Notes: generated by a model not told the origin, from the letters alone. A stretch of 63,420 nt of DNA, filler included, from Choristocarpus tenellus KU-1152 (GCA_964200185.2; 11 parts of 11 records of this genome joined end to end with filler, not necessarily neighbours in it); one strand, 5' to 3'. Counted from the first letter of the whole stretch, positions 25,701 to 40,008 are shown. Made by a program: numbers and translations.

Positions 25701-27884
25701 TCAGGAACCAAGGCTAGTGGTCCATCAAGATTCCTCAAAGAGAGGGAAACATGCTAGTGTCACCTAAAAGATAGTAACAATCAATACACATTCCAACACA
25801 AAACAACAGAAGCAATGGCAGGGGAAAGTGGTGTCCCTGTAAGAGGGAGAAAGGGAAGATGTAGTCGACTATAAACAAAAAATAATATGGAATGAGTGAC
25901 AAGACACACGTAGGAAGAAATGACAAGATGGAGTAGAAAATGTCAACAGCAGGAGGTGAATCCCTGAGACATGAGCTCTGTAGAGCGGATGGATCAAAAC
26001 AGAGGATGATTGAGGTCTCACCCATCTCGTGCAATGTCGGGGCTGTCCCTGGTCACCCAGCAGTCATGGAAGTCACTCATGCCATCAAAGCTCAGCCTCA
26101 GCTGTCCAGTCGAGCTCTCTTCCACTATCTGTGCCCGGCACCATCGGCGTGCCTCAGTCTGTGGGTCAGTGCACACAGCATCCAGCTTTGCAAAACGAAA
26201 GACAAAAAGAGTTGATGTCAAGGATTGCAATGGGAAGAGATCAAGTGTGGTTCGCTTGCAAAGGCAACACAAATCAGTAATGGATATGTCTAAAGCAGCA
26301 AAGGTTGTGTTAGTCACAGTCACCACAAAGTCCTTGCTTTCATCATACACACACTTGCACACTAACTCACATTCATGCACAAACAATATTGATCAGGGCG
26401 GCATCGATTGGGAACAAAACAGCCATTCCAGGGAGACAACAAGGTATCCTGCTGATGGAGACTTACCAGGATCTTCCCACTTGCACGAAAAACTCCTGAG
26501 CAACCCATCTCAGGATGATAATCCAAACTAATAAAACAGCTGTATAAGGAACAAAAAATTCATGCATCAACTACTGGGGATAAGTGGGGGGGCAAAGGGA
26601 GACAAAAATAAAGCTTTCCCTTACCCAGTCAGCAAATTCTATACTGGCCCTCCAATCTTCTTCTGACATAAAGGCTGATGGATCCATGCCCATATCTGCA
26701 TCCACCCCCTCATCCCCAGGCCCTCCACGTGAATGTGTTCGGTAGAAGGCGTTTCTTCGATCCAGCGCTAGGGTCAGCGATGCACAAACACTCTCCAGTT
26801 CTGCACCTTCCACTGAGGGTAGCACCTTCTCCATGGTAAACCATGGTGGAAAACAGGTAGTATTTGGGGGAGATCGGCAGGTTGAGTCCTCAGTCAGACA
26901 CATGGCAAGGAAGGAATAACCAGCTGCCTCCCTAAAAATCAAAGTATTAGATTTCTAAGATCAGCTCAGCAACGTAGAACACACCTGCTCTGGAGCTCTA
27001 AGTTATATCTGCAATCTGCAATGCAAAGTAAGGAAAAATGTCTCACAGTCAAATTTGCAACCAGTTCCTAGTCAAACATATTTTTCAAGATCATGTTCAC
27101 TCACAGGGAGGAGGTGATCAGAACTAAGTAGCATAACAGCTTAATCACTGCACCCACGTTCTATTTTCAACGCCAGCTAAAACACACAAATGTACAAGTA
27201 CCACGTGCGGAGCTGCCTCGCATCTGATCCAGTGACCATTCCGATCTCATCTGCAATACCTTATGGAGCTGACTCACCTTGGCCAGCAGGCACAGGACGC
27301 CCCCGACTGCGGCCTGTACTAGGGAAGGTATCCCGGGAGGCTCCCCCTCGTACGATCTTTTCAGAATCGCCTCTAGTGCCCCTGGAATACAGGTGTGTAG
27401 GAGTAGTGACAAATGGGCAGGACACTCAAGTTCCCAATCCAATGCGATCGTCGAGAGATCCTTCAGTTCGCGCAGGGCAGCATACAGTTCCCCGTCTGAC
27501 TCTGGTTCCGAAAGGGCGTCGCTGGCCTGAGCCTAGGAGAGGGTGGGGAAGGTGTGTCAAGTGAGTTGGATGTGGCATCAGAAAAAATATATACACAAGT
27601 ACACCAAATCAACTTGCACGATTGAAAGTCAGGGGCGTCTTGCTGGATCTCTATTGTATCAGAGATGTCTTGAGATGCAAATTTGAGGCGTCATCCCCAT
27701 TCTTACCAGCCGTACCACCAGAAACTGTGTCAACTCCTTGAAATTCTGTAGCGAAGCTTGATCCATACTTGTTTCCCTCTCCTGTGACAAAAGTCGCCAA
27801 AAGCAGACAGGAGTTGAGAAATTGGGTCAGAGGAGGCAAAAGAGCAGAGTGGATCAGAGCTGGAAGGACTATATTCTGTGACAT
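22790..27884 (-). CDS. 5' part of a large protein with tandem Tudor/MBT-like repeats, possibly a USP-family deubiquitinase. Exons include 27532-27278, 26931-26625, 26185-26022, 25514-25428, 23543-23476, 23057-22790
   Basis: Repeat 1: EEDWRASIEFADW|LDAVCTD..WCRAQIVE..LRLSFDGMSDFHDCWVTRDSPDIA. Repeat 2: EEERWRQALHEGSLIDALDSRNVW|TNATVIAV..LLVGYRAYHPDG. The last four junctions are in phase; the 5' exon linkage is unresolved. The USP call is inference because no catalytic domain is in the contig. Confidence 0.65.
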
Positions 27885-28466
27885 GCACTATCTTTATACT
27901 CTATCCATCCTCATCATCATGTACACATACAACACTCCGCAGTGTAGGGCACCTTGAAAGAGTCATCCCTTATCGGTACCATTGTGCCTACAGTGGCAAT
28001 GTCCTGAAGGAATGAAACTGATAGGAAGAAAGCCCAACTCCACTCTGTCCGATCAGCAATGGACAGCAAGGATAGCTGACATCGCGAGCTGTTCTCCTAT
28101 ACAAGTCAAGTCAAGACAACTATCTGAGCAAGGGTTACACTGTTGTGTAATATCGCAAATCGCGGCCCCCACTAGTAAGCTTATGAACCACAGATGAGAC
28201 CCTTCTGAAGACTTGCGTCAGGCAAATGAGTTCTTTTTAAAGAAGGCGCCGTTCGTCCGTAGAATTCAGCGAATGTCTCGTCACCAAGCCTCAGTTCTCT
28301 CGAGTTGGACCTTTCTTTCCCCGATCAACACAACTGCAAGAGTCTTGGAAGGCATGTTCCATGTCTACATCAACACAACAACACAAAAAACTTCATTTTG
28401 ATTCCTATCGAGTCTGTGGGAAAAGTGGAAGTGGTACGCGTGGAGACAAAAGTACTCCTTTTTCTC

Positions 28467-31226
28467 ATGAAGGATGAGCGAATACCTCGATGTACCCAGC
28501 AGCATGTGCTCAACTGCCAGTTGGGCTCATGGTACTCAATGTTCAAGCACACTACTCCTAAGACGATAATCCTGGAAGTTGGGGAGGACGTGGTCCGTTA
28601 CCTAGGAGAAGATGGAGTGGTCCTTCCACAAGGCTTTAATCTTTCCTGTGGAGAAGGATTAGTTGATGACAGTGATGACGAGGTGGATTGGGAAGAAGAT
28701 GAGGAGAATGAAGACGAGAACAAGGTTAGGGTATTGGGCGATTTTGGCTACTGTGATCCTTTTCTCTGCAGCATGACTTCACTGCTATTGCTGTAGCTGA
28801 TATATATTTCTATGTGTGTGTATATACCAGGATTAGAAGGCTAGCCATAAGAATCGGTCATTACATAGCTACTTCTGTTGCAACTTGCTTTCACCTCCCA
28901 ACTTTTTGGGGTCCTCCTTACGTACAAGAAACCTCTTCCTCCATCCACTAGCTTGAGGTCCCAAATTTCTCATATGATATCTGATCACTTTTCATGTTGG
29001 CTCTTGTGTCGAGAGAGAATGTAATGCTAAATAGGCAACTACTTGACCCGGTGCACCCAGCCAGATTTCCCGCAGCTACTCCAGCAAATGACTGATGCAA
29101 TCAAGGTGCTGGGAGGGGAGGTGTTTCCGAAGTTGAACTGGAGCTGTCCCAAGGTATATTCGAATATTTCTTTGGTAGCTCTAGACTCTATAGTTTGCTC
29201 GACACTCTCCGTATGGGATGTTTTTTCCTCGAAAGCACGTGTGCGCCTGGGTGTGATGGTAGGTGTGTCGTCGGAGTAGTTGAGCATGACCACATTTGTA
29301 TACCTGCGGGACCTGGCAAGACCTGACGTCAATTCGTGTTGTGCTACTGTGATCAATGCAAACATTGCCCGAAGCAGTTATGTATTTTTTAATTATGTGT
29401 ACTTCATCAGAATGTGGTTTTTTGCGATGTGTCTGAGCACTACAACTTGAAAGATTGGATAGTAACCTTCAAAACAAATGAGAAATACTAGCTTAATATA
29501 TTTGTCTAGGATCTTTGTGCACATTTAGAATAGGCGTGCAGAGGTATGGAGTGAACTCTAGCAAAGAGTTTTGAGGATATCGGGGTTAACTCTCTAGCTG
29601 TGCTTCATGTTACCTGATGATGCATGTACCCCCCCTTTTTGGCAATTGTGTGCAAGACAAGTGTATTCTGGGAAAGAATGCTGTGGATGCTACATGTTGT
29701 GTATCTGCAGACATCCCTGACACCTTTTCTTACCTCAAGTACCATCTTGTGATGGTTCTATAGCAGATTATCCATGATAGGAGTACACCTCCATGCCAGG
29801 TTGCAGCACTGATTGGGATTCGTGAGGAAACATAGGACATCAACAACATAAGTAGATACTTTATAAATACTGTTCAATTAGGATTATTTCCCAAGTCATT
29901 TTTATCGGAATTAGAGAATGAGGAATTCAACAATTCTTTTAGCTGAAGCTGGGCAGATGGAGCGAGGGACAAACCCGACTGTTAGAGGTAGTGGTGCAGT
30001 GTGAAACTTGATGTGTTGAGCATCTCTCACAGCTTACATGACGTTCCAGAAGAGGGCACAGCAAGTGATCTCTCATTACTTTAATGGAAAATGTGATACT
30101 AGCGTGCACCTGACTATTAGTATAGAAGATGCATTGCGCGAATTCCCAGTGCTTCCTTGAGGTACTTCCACCCTCTGGTCTCATTTAGAGCACTAGAAAT
30201 AAAGTCCCTTTTGTCTATTTGTCCCTCTCTATGCAAACTATAATTGTGTTGATGTGAATGTGGGCGCTTCCAATAGGATGCAGCCTGGGTTAATGGTGGG
30301 AGTCTCAAGTGCCTCCTTCCTGGGGATGTGCTGTGCCTCCTCAAGAGCTCCACCTTCATCACACACGACCTACAGCATGCGTGAGCCTCGCCCTTAACCA
30401 TGCCCACCAAGCTTTGCTTTCTGGAGCTAGCCCACTGCACCATTGGCTATAGTCACCTTCACTTTGTCATTGACTTTTTCCTGTGCAACCAAAGGCACTG
30501 TGTGAAGAGTTAAATACACCCTACTTAAATGACCTACGGGGGTAATCTGTCTGCATTGGTTTCACCCATGGTTGGAAAAACCAAGCACCCTAGAATAGGA
30601 GGTGTGGTTGCTCCCCAATCCTGTTGTCAAACCACTCGTAATACAAAGATACATTTTTTTTCATAACCAGAGGTTGATGTATTCGCTTGCAGAAGACACG
30701 ACGAAGGAAGGGTGCACCTTTTTCGGACTCTTTTTTTCCTCGTATTATTTATTTATTTGTTATCAATGCAGATATTGAAGAAGGTTGGCTGATATAGCGA
30801 TGCTTCCGTTTAGCTTTGTGCGCTGCAATTCTTCTACCAGCCCTCCTTCGTTTGTCCTGGGGGCTTGAACAAAGGCCATGGGGAAAAGGCTTTGTCATCA
30901 AGACACACAAATCCCCTTTTGGTCTTAACAGTCCTTTCTACCGAAATCTTTTTTGGCACAGTTTGAAAACAAGATGGTGTGTTCCTTCATCCCTGTTCTA
31001 TGACTCCTTTCATTTTTCAGTCCCCATCCTCTTATGCCCAGCCACTCCCTTTACCTCCACCAACTACCTCTGTCCTCCCCGCTGCTCGCAACTCTCCTCA
31101 GCTTTGACTTGTGCATTGATGCCAGTGTCTCACGGCCCGAGAAGGTCACAATAGTTCTCAGGAAGTGGTGTAACCTACACCCTTCCATGCTCTTCCGTTG
31201 CTTCTTGCAAGGTCGTCAAATAGCAG
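28467..31226 (+). CDS. CDC123: Cell division cycle protein 123 (eIF2 assembly ATP-grasp protein), 3' partial. Exons 28467-28724, 29061-29153, 30277-30380, 31102-31226
   Basis: VLNCQLGSWYSMFK, YLGEDGVVLP, LGGEVFPKLNWSCPK|DAAWV, LLKSSTFITHDL and IVLRKWCNLHPSMLFRCF. All junctions are GT-AG and in phase. Confidence 0.93.
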
Positions 31227-33759
31227 GTGATAGAAAACCACAGTTACTCGACTCTTGTCTGTACCGTGTGGAGTTGTAGCAGTCATAATAACGCAAAGCA
31301 GAGGTTGTACCCGACAATTTTTGGCTGTAGAGAGTCACCTGGATGAGAAATGACCCTCGGAAATATGTCCCTAGAAGTAGGAAGTGCCTCGAAGATAGTT
31401 TTTTAATGTTTGCAGGCGGTGTGTTTGCCAATCGGAGTGGAGGTTTGAAAATCGCACAAGGACCTCCTTTTTTTGGAGGTGGGATGGAGCTCCGCTCGAG
31501 TCGTTTGTGCGTACTTTGTAGACACACGTTTTAGGGATCCCCAAATAAGATCACCATGAGTAATTTGATACCTGCCTGGTGGGGTAGTTAGCATCATTGT
31601 TTTGCACTGGATCGCTCAACTGCAAGCTGCACAATCTCTCCACTCTTCTGTAGTTGAACTGTTTTGGTAGATATATGTGTTTTTCTGGTCTCTTCAAGTA
31701 GTTTCAGAGATACAGAGTACGGGAAGGGGAGGTGGTACAACAATGAACTAGTAGCAGGGAGGAAGGAGGGGTATACAGATGTTCACTGCTTCACATCCAG
31801 CAATAGTTATCAGTATCTCACTCTTCCTGGTAGTTGAGGGGACTTGTGAAAAGTGCTGATTGGTTGACTTCCATCATCCCACAAATTTTGTGGTTCAGAG
31901 TAAATTGTGGTTTGAAAAATCCCTTTTGTGTCAGATATGAGAAACGTTAGCTTTGGGCTCCCTGACAATGTCTTGATACCCAATTCCCCCATCTCAGAGA
32001 CACTCTGCCATGTGATGCTGCCCTTTCCTCGGGTGATTTTTAAGTTTCTCTTATATGGCACCTCCGTAGTTGATAGTGCCTAGATTCTTGTGCCTCAAAG
32101 AAATCTTCTAATGAAGGGAAAGTCCGCTCCAAGTTATTCGTTGCCATTAATGTATTTTGTTTCATGAAATCCCTGAAAGTAAAAGCAAGCGCTGCCCTGT
32201 CCCACCCCGACAAAATCCCCCACAGGGGCATGTTGCAAAGGGNNNNNNNNNNNNNNNNNNNNNNNNNNNNNNNNNNNNNNNNNNNNTTAATTAATTAANN
32301 NNNNNNNNNNNNNNNNNNNNNNNNNNNNNNNNNNNNNNNNNNCATGATTCCTCTTCCTTTCGTAGTCTATGTATCATGTATAATGCATTCGATTCAGGTT
32401 TCAACAGGTTGGCGGTGGAGGTGGTTTTCATGTTGTCCGTCTGCCCTCCTGAGTTGGTTTACTGTTACTCCTTGTCGTTGTTTGAAGCATAAGATCATTA
32501 GCGGTTAGGTTGTCGGCCGAAAGATGAGGCAATACAGTCCTCAAGTGGGGACGAGACAGCATGTTCTGTCGGTTTAGCAACATCCCCCCCTCCTCCTCGA
32601 CTCGATTTCAACGATTTGGGTTCCAATCGAATTAGAAGTCGGACCAATATCAATAGGATACGGTGGTCCGAAGTCAAGGTAGGATGCACAATCTTGTTGG
32701 AACAAGGCAAAGTTTGAAGGATTTTGTTGACGGTTGGTGAGTATCAGATGTAAAGGTATCCCCACCGTTTGGATTCACCTAGGTTTATGGTGCTTGGCCC
32801 TTGATGAAATGAAAATTTGTTGACGAGCGCAAATAATATGTTTCTCATATCTACAAACCTAACCAGGTATACACTATTGTTGCCACATTTTCTCTTTACT
32901 ACACCCACTGACGCTAGTCATTGTAGTCGGACATTTTGTAGCTGTCGCGGAGGGAATAACAGGAAACATATACAAACAAGAAAAAACCCCCGATAGCTAT
33001 TCAGTTTATCTCTACAGTAAGGTTCAGGTACCAAATTTTCCCTGTTTCCTCTCTCTTCACCTCTCTTATCTGTGAAGGTGTCCACATCCATAACGATAAA
33101 CATACATTTTTCGTCCTCCTAAGAAGGAACGTATTACATGGTTTCGTGAAGGACTGCCCAGCCGTCTAGAACTCACCCTTCTATCCTCTCTTTTCTTCTC
33201 TGCTCTTTTGCCGCTCTCTATATGCTCGGTTGGAGCGTAACATATAGCCATTTATTGCGAATGCATTGGACCTCTATCACCAGGACCAGAACCTTCATTC
33301 ACCCTTTTTGGATGTATTTTACCGTTAGATTTTCTTATGGGCCATTCGACTTGATAATTCCCACTGCGACACATGTCTCTTCCTGTGTTGTCTGCGTTGT
33401 CTCTGCTGCAATAGACAAACATAACCACTGCAGTGGTGACGACCATACCGTGTCTATTGGAGTCGAATAACATCACAGTGGATGGATGGTATAGTTATCC
33501 CGTCTCGTGCGAATCATTGCATCATCCAATCACACATCTTACATATCGCGTGAACAATTATAACTATAATTCCACCGTGCATACTTCGTCATTGAACTGT
33601 GAATAAAGGAATGATGACATTGGGGATATAAGGAAAGTTGTAAGCAACGCAAGGGCACGCCTCCGAAAGGTGAATCGTTAATGGTCGGCTTCAACTACCC
33701 CAACACTCCAACAAGACGGAAGTGGCGGAACACAAGATTTCGGGTTGGAAGAAGGGGGG

Positions 33760-36700
33760 ATGCCTCCTTCTAAAGGATGGCAGTTGCCCATGGGGCGGGA
33801 GAACATTCAGGTCTTCGGTCTTGGAGCGGCGGCGGCGGTGACGTCACTTGCTCTACTACACATTAGGCAAAGAGGCAAGGTCCAAAGTGACTCAAAAAAG
33901 GGGTTCGGTCCTACAAGAGAAGTATACATACCGGCCAGGTATGTCGTGTCGGTACTTCAGGTCTAGGAACTTCTCCTTTTGTTTTCAATCTCGAGCTTTG
34001 TTGTGATGTCGTAGTGGCCGCCTCTCGTTTCGCACACAAGCTTGCTTTGTCGATTTGGGATCCGAAAACTCTCCCTCTGTCATCTTCCTCTCACATGCAT
34101 GTCCCGAAACTTATTCTTCTAACGAACCTCGTACCACATCTTTGTGTTTTTGGTGGCATGGTCCCTGTTGCAGCCAGAGCGATAACGAGAATGAGGTTGG
34201 CAACATTCCCCGCTTCAACTCTACAGCAAACTTACAAACTGCTGCTGGTAGCGGATCGTCGCTCATTTCTCATCCTGAGGGACCAAATATTGGGCCAGCC
34301 AGCAACACCAATTGGTTTAAGCAGAATAGGTGAGCAATGTCGGAATATTTTACGAACATCTGATGCTTCAGACTCCACCACGGAAGAGATATTCACTGAA
34401 TCCAAGTTTTAGTCTTGTGCCTCCTTAGCAATAACCCCCTCAAAGATACAGCAATATGTGTGTGCCATTATCTAATATCCTCTAAATTTGCATCGCCGAC
34501 TAACAATGAACCTTACATGGGTAAGTTTTGTGCGTATATCGCTTACTGTCCCTCTCTGAAGGGACTTGCCCATCAAGACCGACCTCCTACATAAGGGCCA
34601 CAGCAAGGGTGGCAAGTTGCTAGTGGTAATGGTTGGTTTACCAGGAAGGGGAAAAACATATATAGCGCGCAAGGTCGCTCGGTATCTGCGATGGATCAGC
34701 TACCGGACAAGGGCATTCTCCTTGGCAAGGTGGGAATCCTGTTTGTTTCTTCCCCATGCAAAAGGGTTAAGGTTCTGGGCAAGGGATGGAAGATGTCAAC
34801 ATCTGGACATTTGAACGCCAGGCACCCTTCGATTAGTCTCGTTTGCACTCTCCCTGCCTCCAACTCCCACACGACTAAACAAATACGATTGCTCCTCACA
34901 TCTGCAATGGCTGTCATCCTTTGCTCTTCCACCAGAGAAACGGTTGGCATCCAGGACCAAGCTGTATGTAGCTTTAAAGCCTACACTGTCTCTTGACCCC
35001 ACCACCTGTTCTGGATAGCGCCATTGGCCAGCAGTTCACTCACTTGCTGTGTCCCATCCTCCCCCGCTTATTGCTTCCTCTCCCTCCTGTCCCTACCCTT
35101 TTGTTTGTCGGTGTCTCACCTTGCCCCAGGTATCGCATAAAATTATGTGGTGAAAGGCAAACAGCAGATTTCTTTGACAACGATAACCGCGACAAGGTGA
35201 ACGCGCGTCTTAAGGTCCTCAGTGCGGCTATGGAGGACATCATACAGTACCTACTCTCCTTAGGGGAATGCGCCATCCTGGATGGCACGAACTTCACAAA
35301 GGAGCGACGAGACCTCATCCGCGAGCGGGTGGCTAAGGAAGATGGATTTGAGATATTATGGATCGAGAGCATATGCAAAGATCCGATTCTTCTGGAAGGA
35401 AACCTTCGGGAGCTTAAGGGATCCTCCCCTGATTACCTTGACGAGGATGACTTCCGACGGAGGATGGAGTTTTATGAGAAGGCGTACGAGCATGTTGAGG
35501 TGTGTGTGTGTGTGTTTTTTTTTTTTGGTGGTGGTGGTGGTGGTGGTGATGTGGATTGTTAGTTTATTCACACAATGTGCATCCGGTGTTTGATCTCTTC
35601 CGCTCATTAAGTGCCTAGTTGTTTGTTAAAGTGAGAGCTCGACAATGGAAGTGAAGCTGAAGGAGTGCTACAGGCTAACGGACTGCTACGAATAATTGTT
35701 ATTGGTATTGGATACGTACATTGTCTTGATTTGTTTTCGATACTTAGAATTTTGTGTTTTTTTTGTATAGCTTGAGCGGTTACATCCTTCTCCAACTCAT
35801 CTCTGTAGTACAACCAGCCTGACCCAGTTTATTCCCATTTCTTTTTTTCTCATGCCTGCTGTCAGAATCCTGCGTTCATCCCTTCCCGCTCATTGTTACC
35901 TCTCACTACAGTGGTTAAGTGACATTCTCCGTGCCGCACATGTACCTCTTCACCCAAACCCCTCAAAGCGCAACTGTTTCGTACTTACTAGGTGAAATAA
36001 AAATACTTTTATGTCAACAGTTTCTCCCTCGGGGGGTATGACAAGAATTCTGAGCACTGCAACTGCACTGCAACTAACTGTCTTACTTCACTATAAAATC
36101 TCTGTCCTAAGGGTTGCACCTATGCTACTCCCGTTGCGAAAGCCAGGGTGTTCCCTACTTGATTTGCACTCCCCTCAGTTGCACAGGACCTCTCTCACCT
36201 CTGATCACCTTCTGCCCTTTTGCCTTTCTCTCTTCACTGCACCTAGTGTGTGTCCTTCCTCTATCTTCCGGTTCTTCTACATAACCCGTCTTGAACTCCT
36301 CTATGATAGCCAGCCCATTGGTTAGCTGATCGTCACAACTCAACTTCTGTGTGGTGTCTCGATTGGCCCTGAGCAGATGGATGAGGGAAGTTTTGTCAAG
36401 TCGTATGAAGGAGGTGTGCGCCTGGAGATTCATGCTGCCCAGGGCTTTGTGCCCACTAAGATTGCTTCCTTTCTCATGAACCTTCATGTCAATGTTAGGC
36501 CTGTGTATATCAGGTGACAATGGCACCACGAGTGTGTTACTGCATCTCCTTCTCCCCCTACGCCCCCAACTAATCACAAACGGTTCAAGTCCATAACTGT
36601 AGAAGTCACAGCAGTATTGGGCCCTTTATGTATGTTGGTTTTGCAGTTTAAAATATTTTGAACTATTCCAGATACTTTCTGGAGTAATGGTTTTTTCAAG

Positions 36701-37248
36701 TACCCATTTTCTTCTTTTGTTTTCTACCTGTTGATTACGAACACCGTGTTGTCTCCAGGATATAACCACTACTGTATCATATTGTTAATATTATACAGTG
36801 ATGGGCATTCTCGAACAATATCATTTTATGATTCTCGCCTGAACCTCACACCTCGTCTCGTAATGTTGTCTCCTGTCATTGTTGAGAACATTGTCATATT
36901 TGCCTTATGTACACACACGCCTCCTTACTTCCATCTATGCATGTCATGAGGCTTCGCCTCATCGTGTAAAATGGAGCCCATATAAGCACCTTGAAAGTCT
37001 CCCCCTAACCCTGCCCACCTTACGAATCCTCCTTAAAGTATTGCATGCTCCAAACTCTCCCCCTTCCCTTCCCTTTCCTTTGTCAATGCCCACCCCTTTT
37101 CTCGACTGGTTGCAGTCGCCATGGAGAAAGCATGTTCAATGTGCATGGACTTATTGGGGGTGACCCAGGGCTCTCCCCACCGGGGAAGGATTATGCGAAG
37201 GAGTTGAGTGAATTTGTGAAGCAATCAGAAGATCTCTCTTCTGACAAG
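33760..37248 (+). CDS. PFKFB: Bifunctional 6-phosphofructo-2-kinase/fructose-2,6-bisphosphatase, 3' partial. Exons 33760-33938, 34174-34329, 34562-34729, 35130-35499, 36377-36513, 37116-37248
   Basis: P-loop VMVGLPGRGKTYIARKVARYLRW, AILDGTNFTKERR, WIESIC, SPDY, FLMNLH and histidine-phosphatase motif SRHGES. All junctions are in phase. Confidence 0.94.
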
Positions 37249-39731
37249 GTGAGGGAGATCCTGTTCCCTCTTGATTACTATGTCTCGCTGTAAATTAACG
37301 CCAATGTTTATGTTCGCATTGCGCGCATCAATTAATAAATATATTTATATATTTATATATGTAATATTTCTTGGTATTACACATATTTTAGGATTCAAAT
37401 TCGTGTTTCCAAACAAGGGAAAAGCAATACCTAACTAAGCGTTTGTCGTTCCCGACAACAGTGTCGGTGGAGGTGGAAGCACCTTTGCCACACAGGGTGT
37501 AAAATAAAAATTGGGCCTGAAACAGTAGAATCGTGCGTTTACGTTTGAGTACCTTGGTACCGAGGATCGTGATGGCAAGACACCAGAATTTCACATTCTC
37601 AAGATTAGCTCAACCAATCTGTACCAGACTTGGTGCAGTGGTAAAGGCAAAATGCGTTCATCCCCGTCGGAGAGTACACAGTTGGGAATCTGCTGTCGGA
37701 GAGTTTTTTTGGTTGCGCAAGGCCTGTGGCAAGGTCCAACTCCAACGAGGTACTGAATCACCAATCGAACGTAGCTTCGGAATGGCCCCAACAGTGTTCC
37801 CTCGTTTGGTGAGGGTGGCATCGTGGAGCTTGGATAATGGACAGGGCAAGCGTTAGGCTCTTGTCAAAGAGGATGGCCAAGAAGAATTCCAGCAGAGGAG
37901 ATTGATGTGATCAATGCAGTCCCTGTGGCCAAACGTAGCGGTGAGAGGAGATGGGCCGCGTATGCTGGAGTCACTCAAGAGAATGTAAGAGGTAGGAACA
38001 AGGCGGGGGTCAAAACCCTATGGAATTTTGATCAAGCACTTCCTCTGTCGACCTCACAATGTCGATAAATGTAGTCTTCGTAATGAGCGGTATCCTAATG
38101 AGGGGTGCAGGGCACGTGTTTGACCCAATGTTCGACCATGTCCACCTTGACGAAAAATGGTTTGACCCTGGTTTTCAACCGGCAAAGGTGTACCTCAGTC
38201 AGGCCCAGGGAGCCACCACCTAGGTGTCCTCAAGTCGCAAGCAGGTCATGCGTGCCAGAACCGATGTTTCTGACTGCGAATGCATGCCCTAGTGTTTTGG
38301 ATGATGGAACTCGGTGGGACGGGAAGATGAGCATTTGGCCACTGACGGTGCGAGTGACGGGAAGACGATCATCTTGTAGTCGAACCTGAAGTAACACAGA
38401 GATGCTGAATGTCAATACGACTGGTGAGCATTTTGACAAAATGCTTGTCAAGGTCTTGCCATCTTTGATATCTCACCTATGCTTGTTGGAGCATGATATT
38501 TTTTGCTGTCGGGACGACGATTCAAGGTCGCATATAACATCTGACAAGAAAGTAATGGATGATTAGGTCATTGGATTTCAACGCTATGAAATTCGGATTC
38601 TTCTGCTCTCTGCTGACCAAGTTTAGGCTGGCTTCACGCAGGCAACATCAAGGAGCCTGTCCAAAATGTAGTGAGGACATGCGATGAGCATGATGCTGAG
38701 AAACACGAGAAAGTCTGGCAGGGCCTCTTTGCACATTACAAGGCTGTGTTCAACCACTCAGGCAATAACAAGTTAAAGGGAGCTTGCAAGATGCAAGAGG
38801 GATAGAGAGTAGTGTGTAGATGGGTCTTTGGTGGTCAAGGGAATGACATTCCTACAGGTTGAGGGGAAGAACATAGAACTTGGGAGGCGCTGGTGTGTTC
38901 TCACCCAAAATTTTGAACAGAGTTTATCGATGATGTATACAAAAATATTTCACCTTCGCAGGCATTCATTCATTTTCCCAGGGTGTTTTATTTCACCCTG
39001 CCAAAATCATGTGTGTGTTTAAGCTACACAAGGAGAGGGAGTATATATTTATTTTTTCAATCATCTTTTTCCCGCTAGGTCGCTTCTGGAAGAGGCTTCT
39101 CATCCATCACCCATACATGCAAGGGAGGAATGTCCAAGCATGAACAATTTTTTTTTGACAATTTTGTGCATGCTACTGTTTCACGAGGTCTATTTGCATG
39201 CTGGCAAAGAGCATGGTGCTTATCTCCTCACGCGAACAAGGTCAATATCTCTGCAGCCTCTATTTGCCCATAACATGGACCGTAACCATGGCTGAAGTGT
39301 AACTTTTTCCCCCTGGATGAAAGCAGGGCCAATGTGTTTTAGAGCAATACGAAGCAAACAGTCCTATGGATGGCATGTTACATACTTTTTTGGCGCTTCC
39401 CCAATTCCCTGACTGCACCCAGACAGGCTGCATTGTACCTTAAGAGCAAAACCTGGAGAGAGCTTGTTGTAAGTACCGTTGCCCTAAGGTCTGGTTGTCT
39501 GTTATACTTACAGAATAGTGTATCACGGAGACGATACATTTTTCCTTGCAGTCAAGAGACGCTCATCGTATGTACTGAATCTTTTGTAGAGCTCTATGCT
39601 TTCAGGGGAGGAGGAATATGGGGTTGGGGGGNNNNNNNNNNNNNNNNNNNNNNNNNNNNNNNNNNNNNNNNNNNNTTAATTAATTAANNNNNNNNNNNNN
39701 NNNNNNNNNNNNNNNNNNNNNNNNNNNNNNN

Positions 39732-39826
39732 CCTAACAAACATGATTGCCAAAATTACATCAAAATCGCAACATTGGATTTTGACCCCAAATGGACACGG
39801 CTCTACCCTCTAAGATACTATGACTC
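39732..39826 (+). mobile_element. MITE family A, partial (right end)
   Basis: CCCCAAATGGAC..CTACCCTCTAAGATACTATGACTC matches the right terminus of the full copies. Confidence 0.85.
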
Positions 39827-40008
39827 GTTAAGCAAATAAGAAATCAGGTCTAATCCTCAAGATGAGTATCATATATGATACACTTACACCTCTTACTAGA
39901 AACTGCATGAACATGGTAGTCGGACACCAAGGCAAGGTACACTGATGCATGAATCAGGCACAAGTAACTCGATCCGTACTTCAACAAAAAAATGAAACGA
40001 CTGAATCG

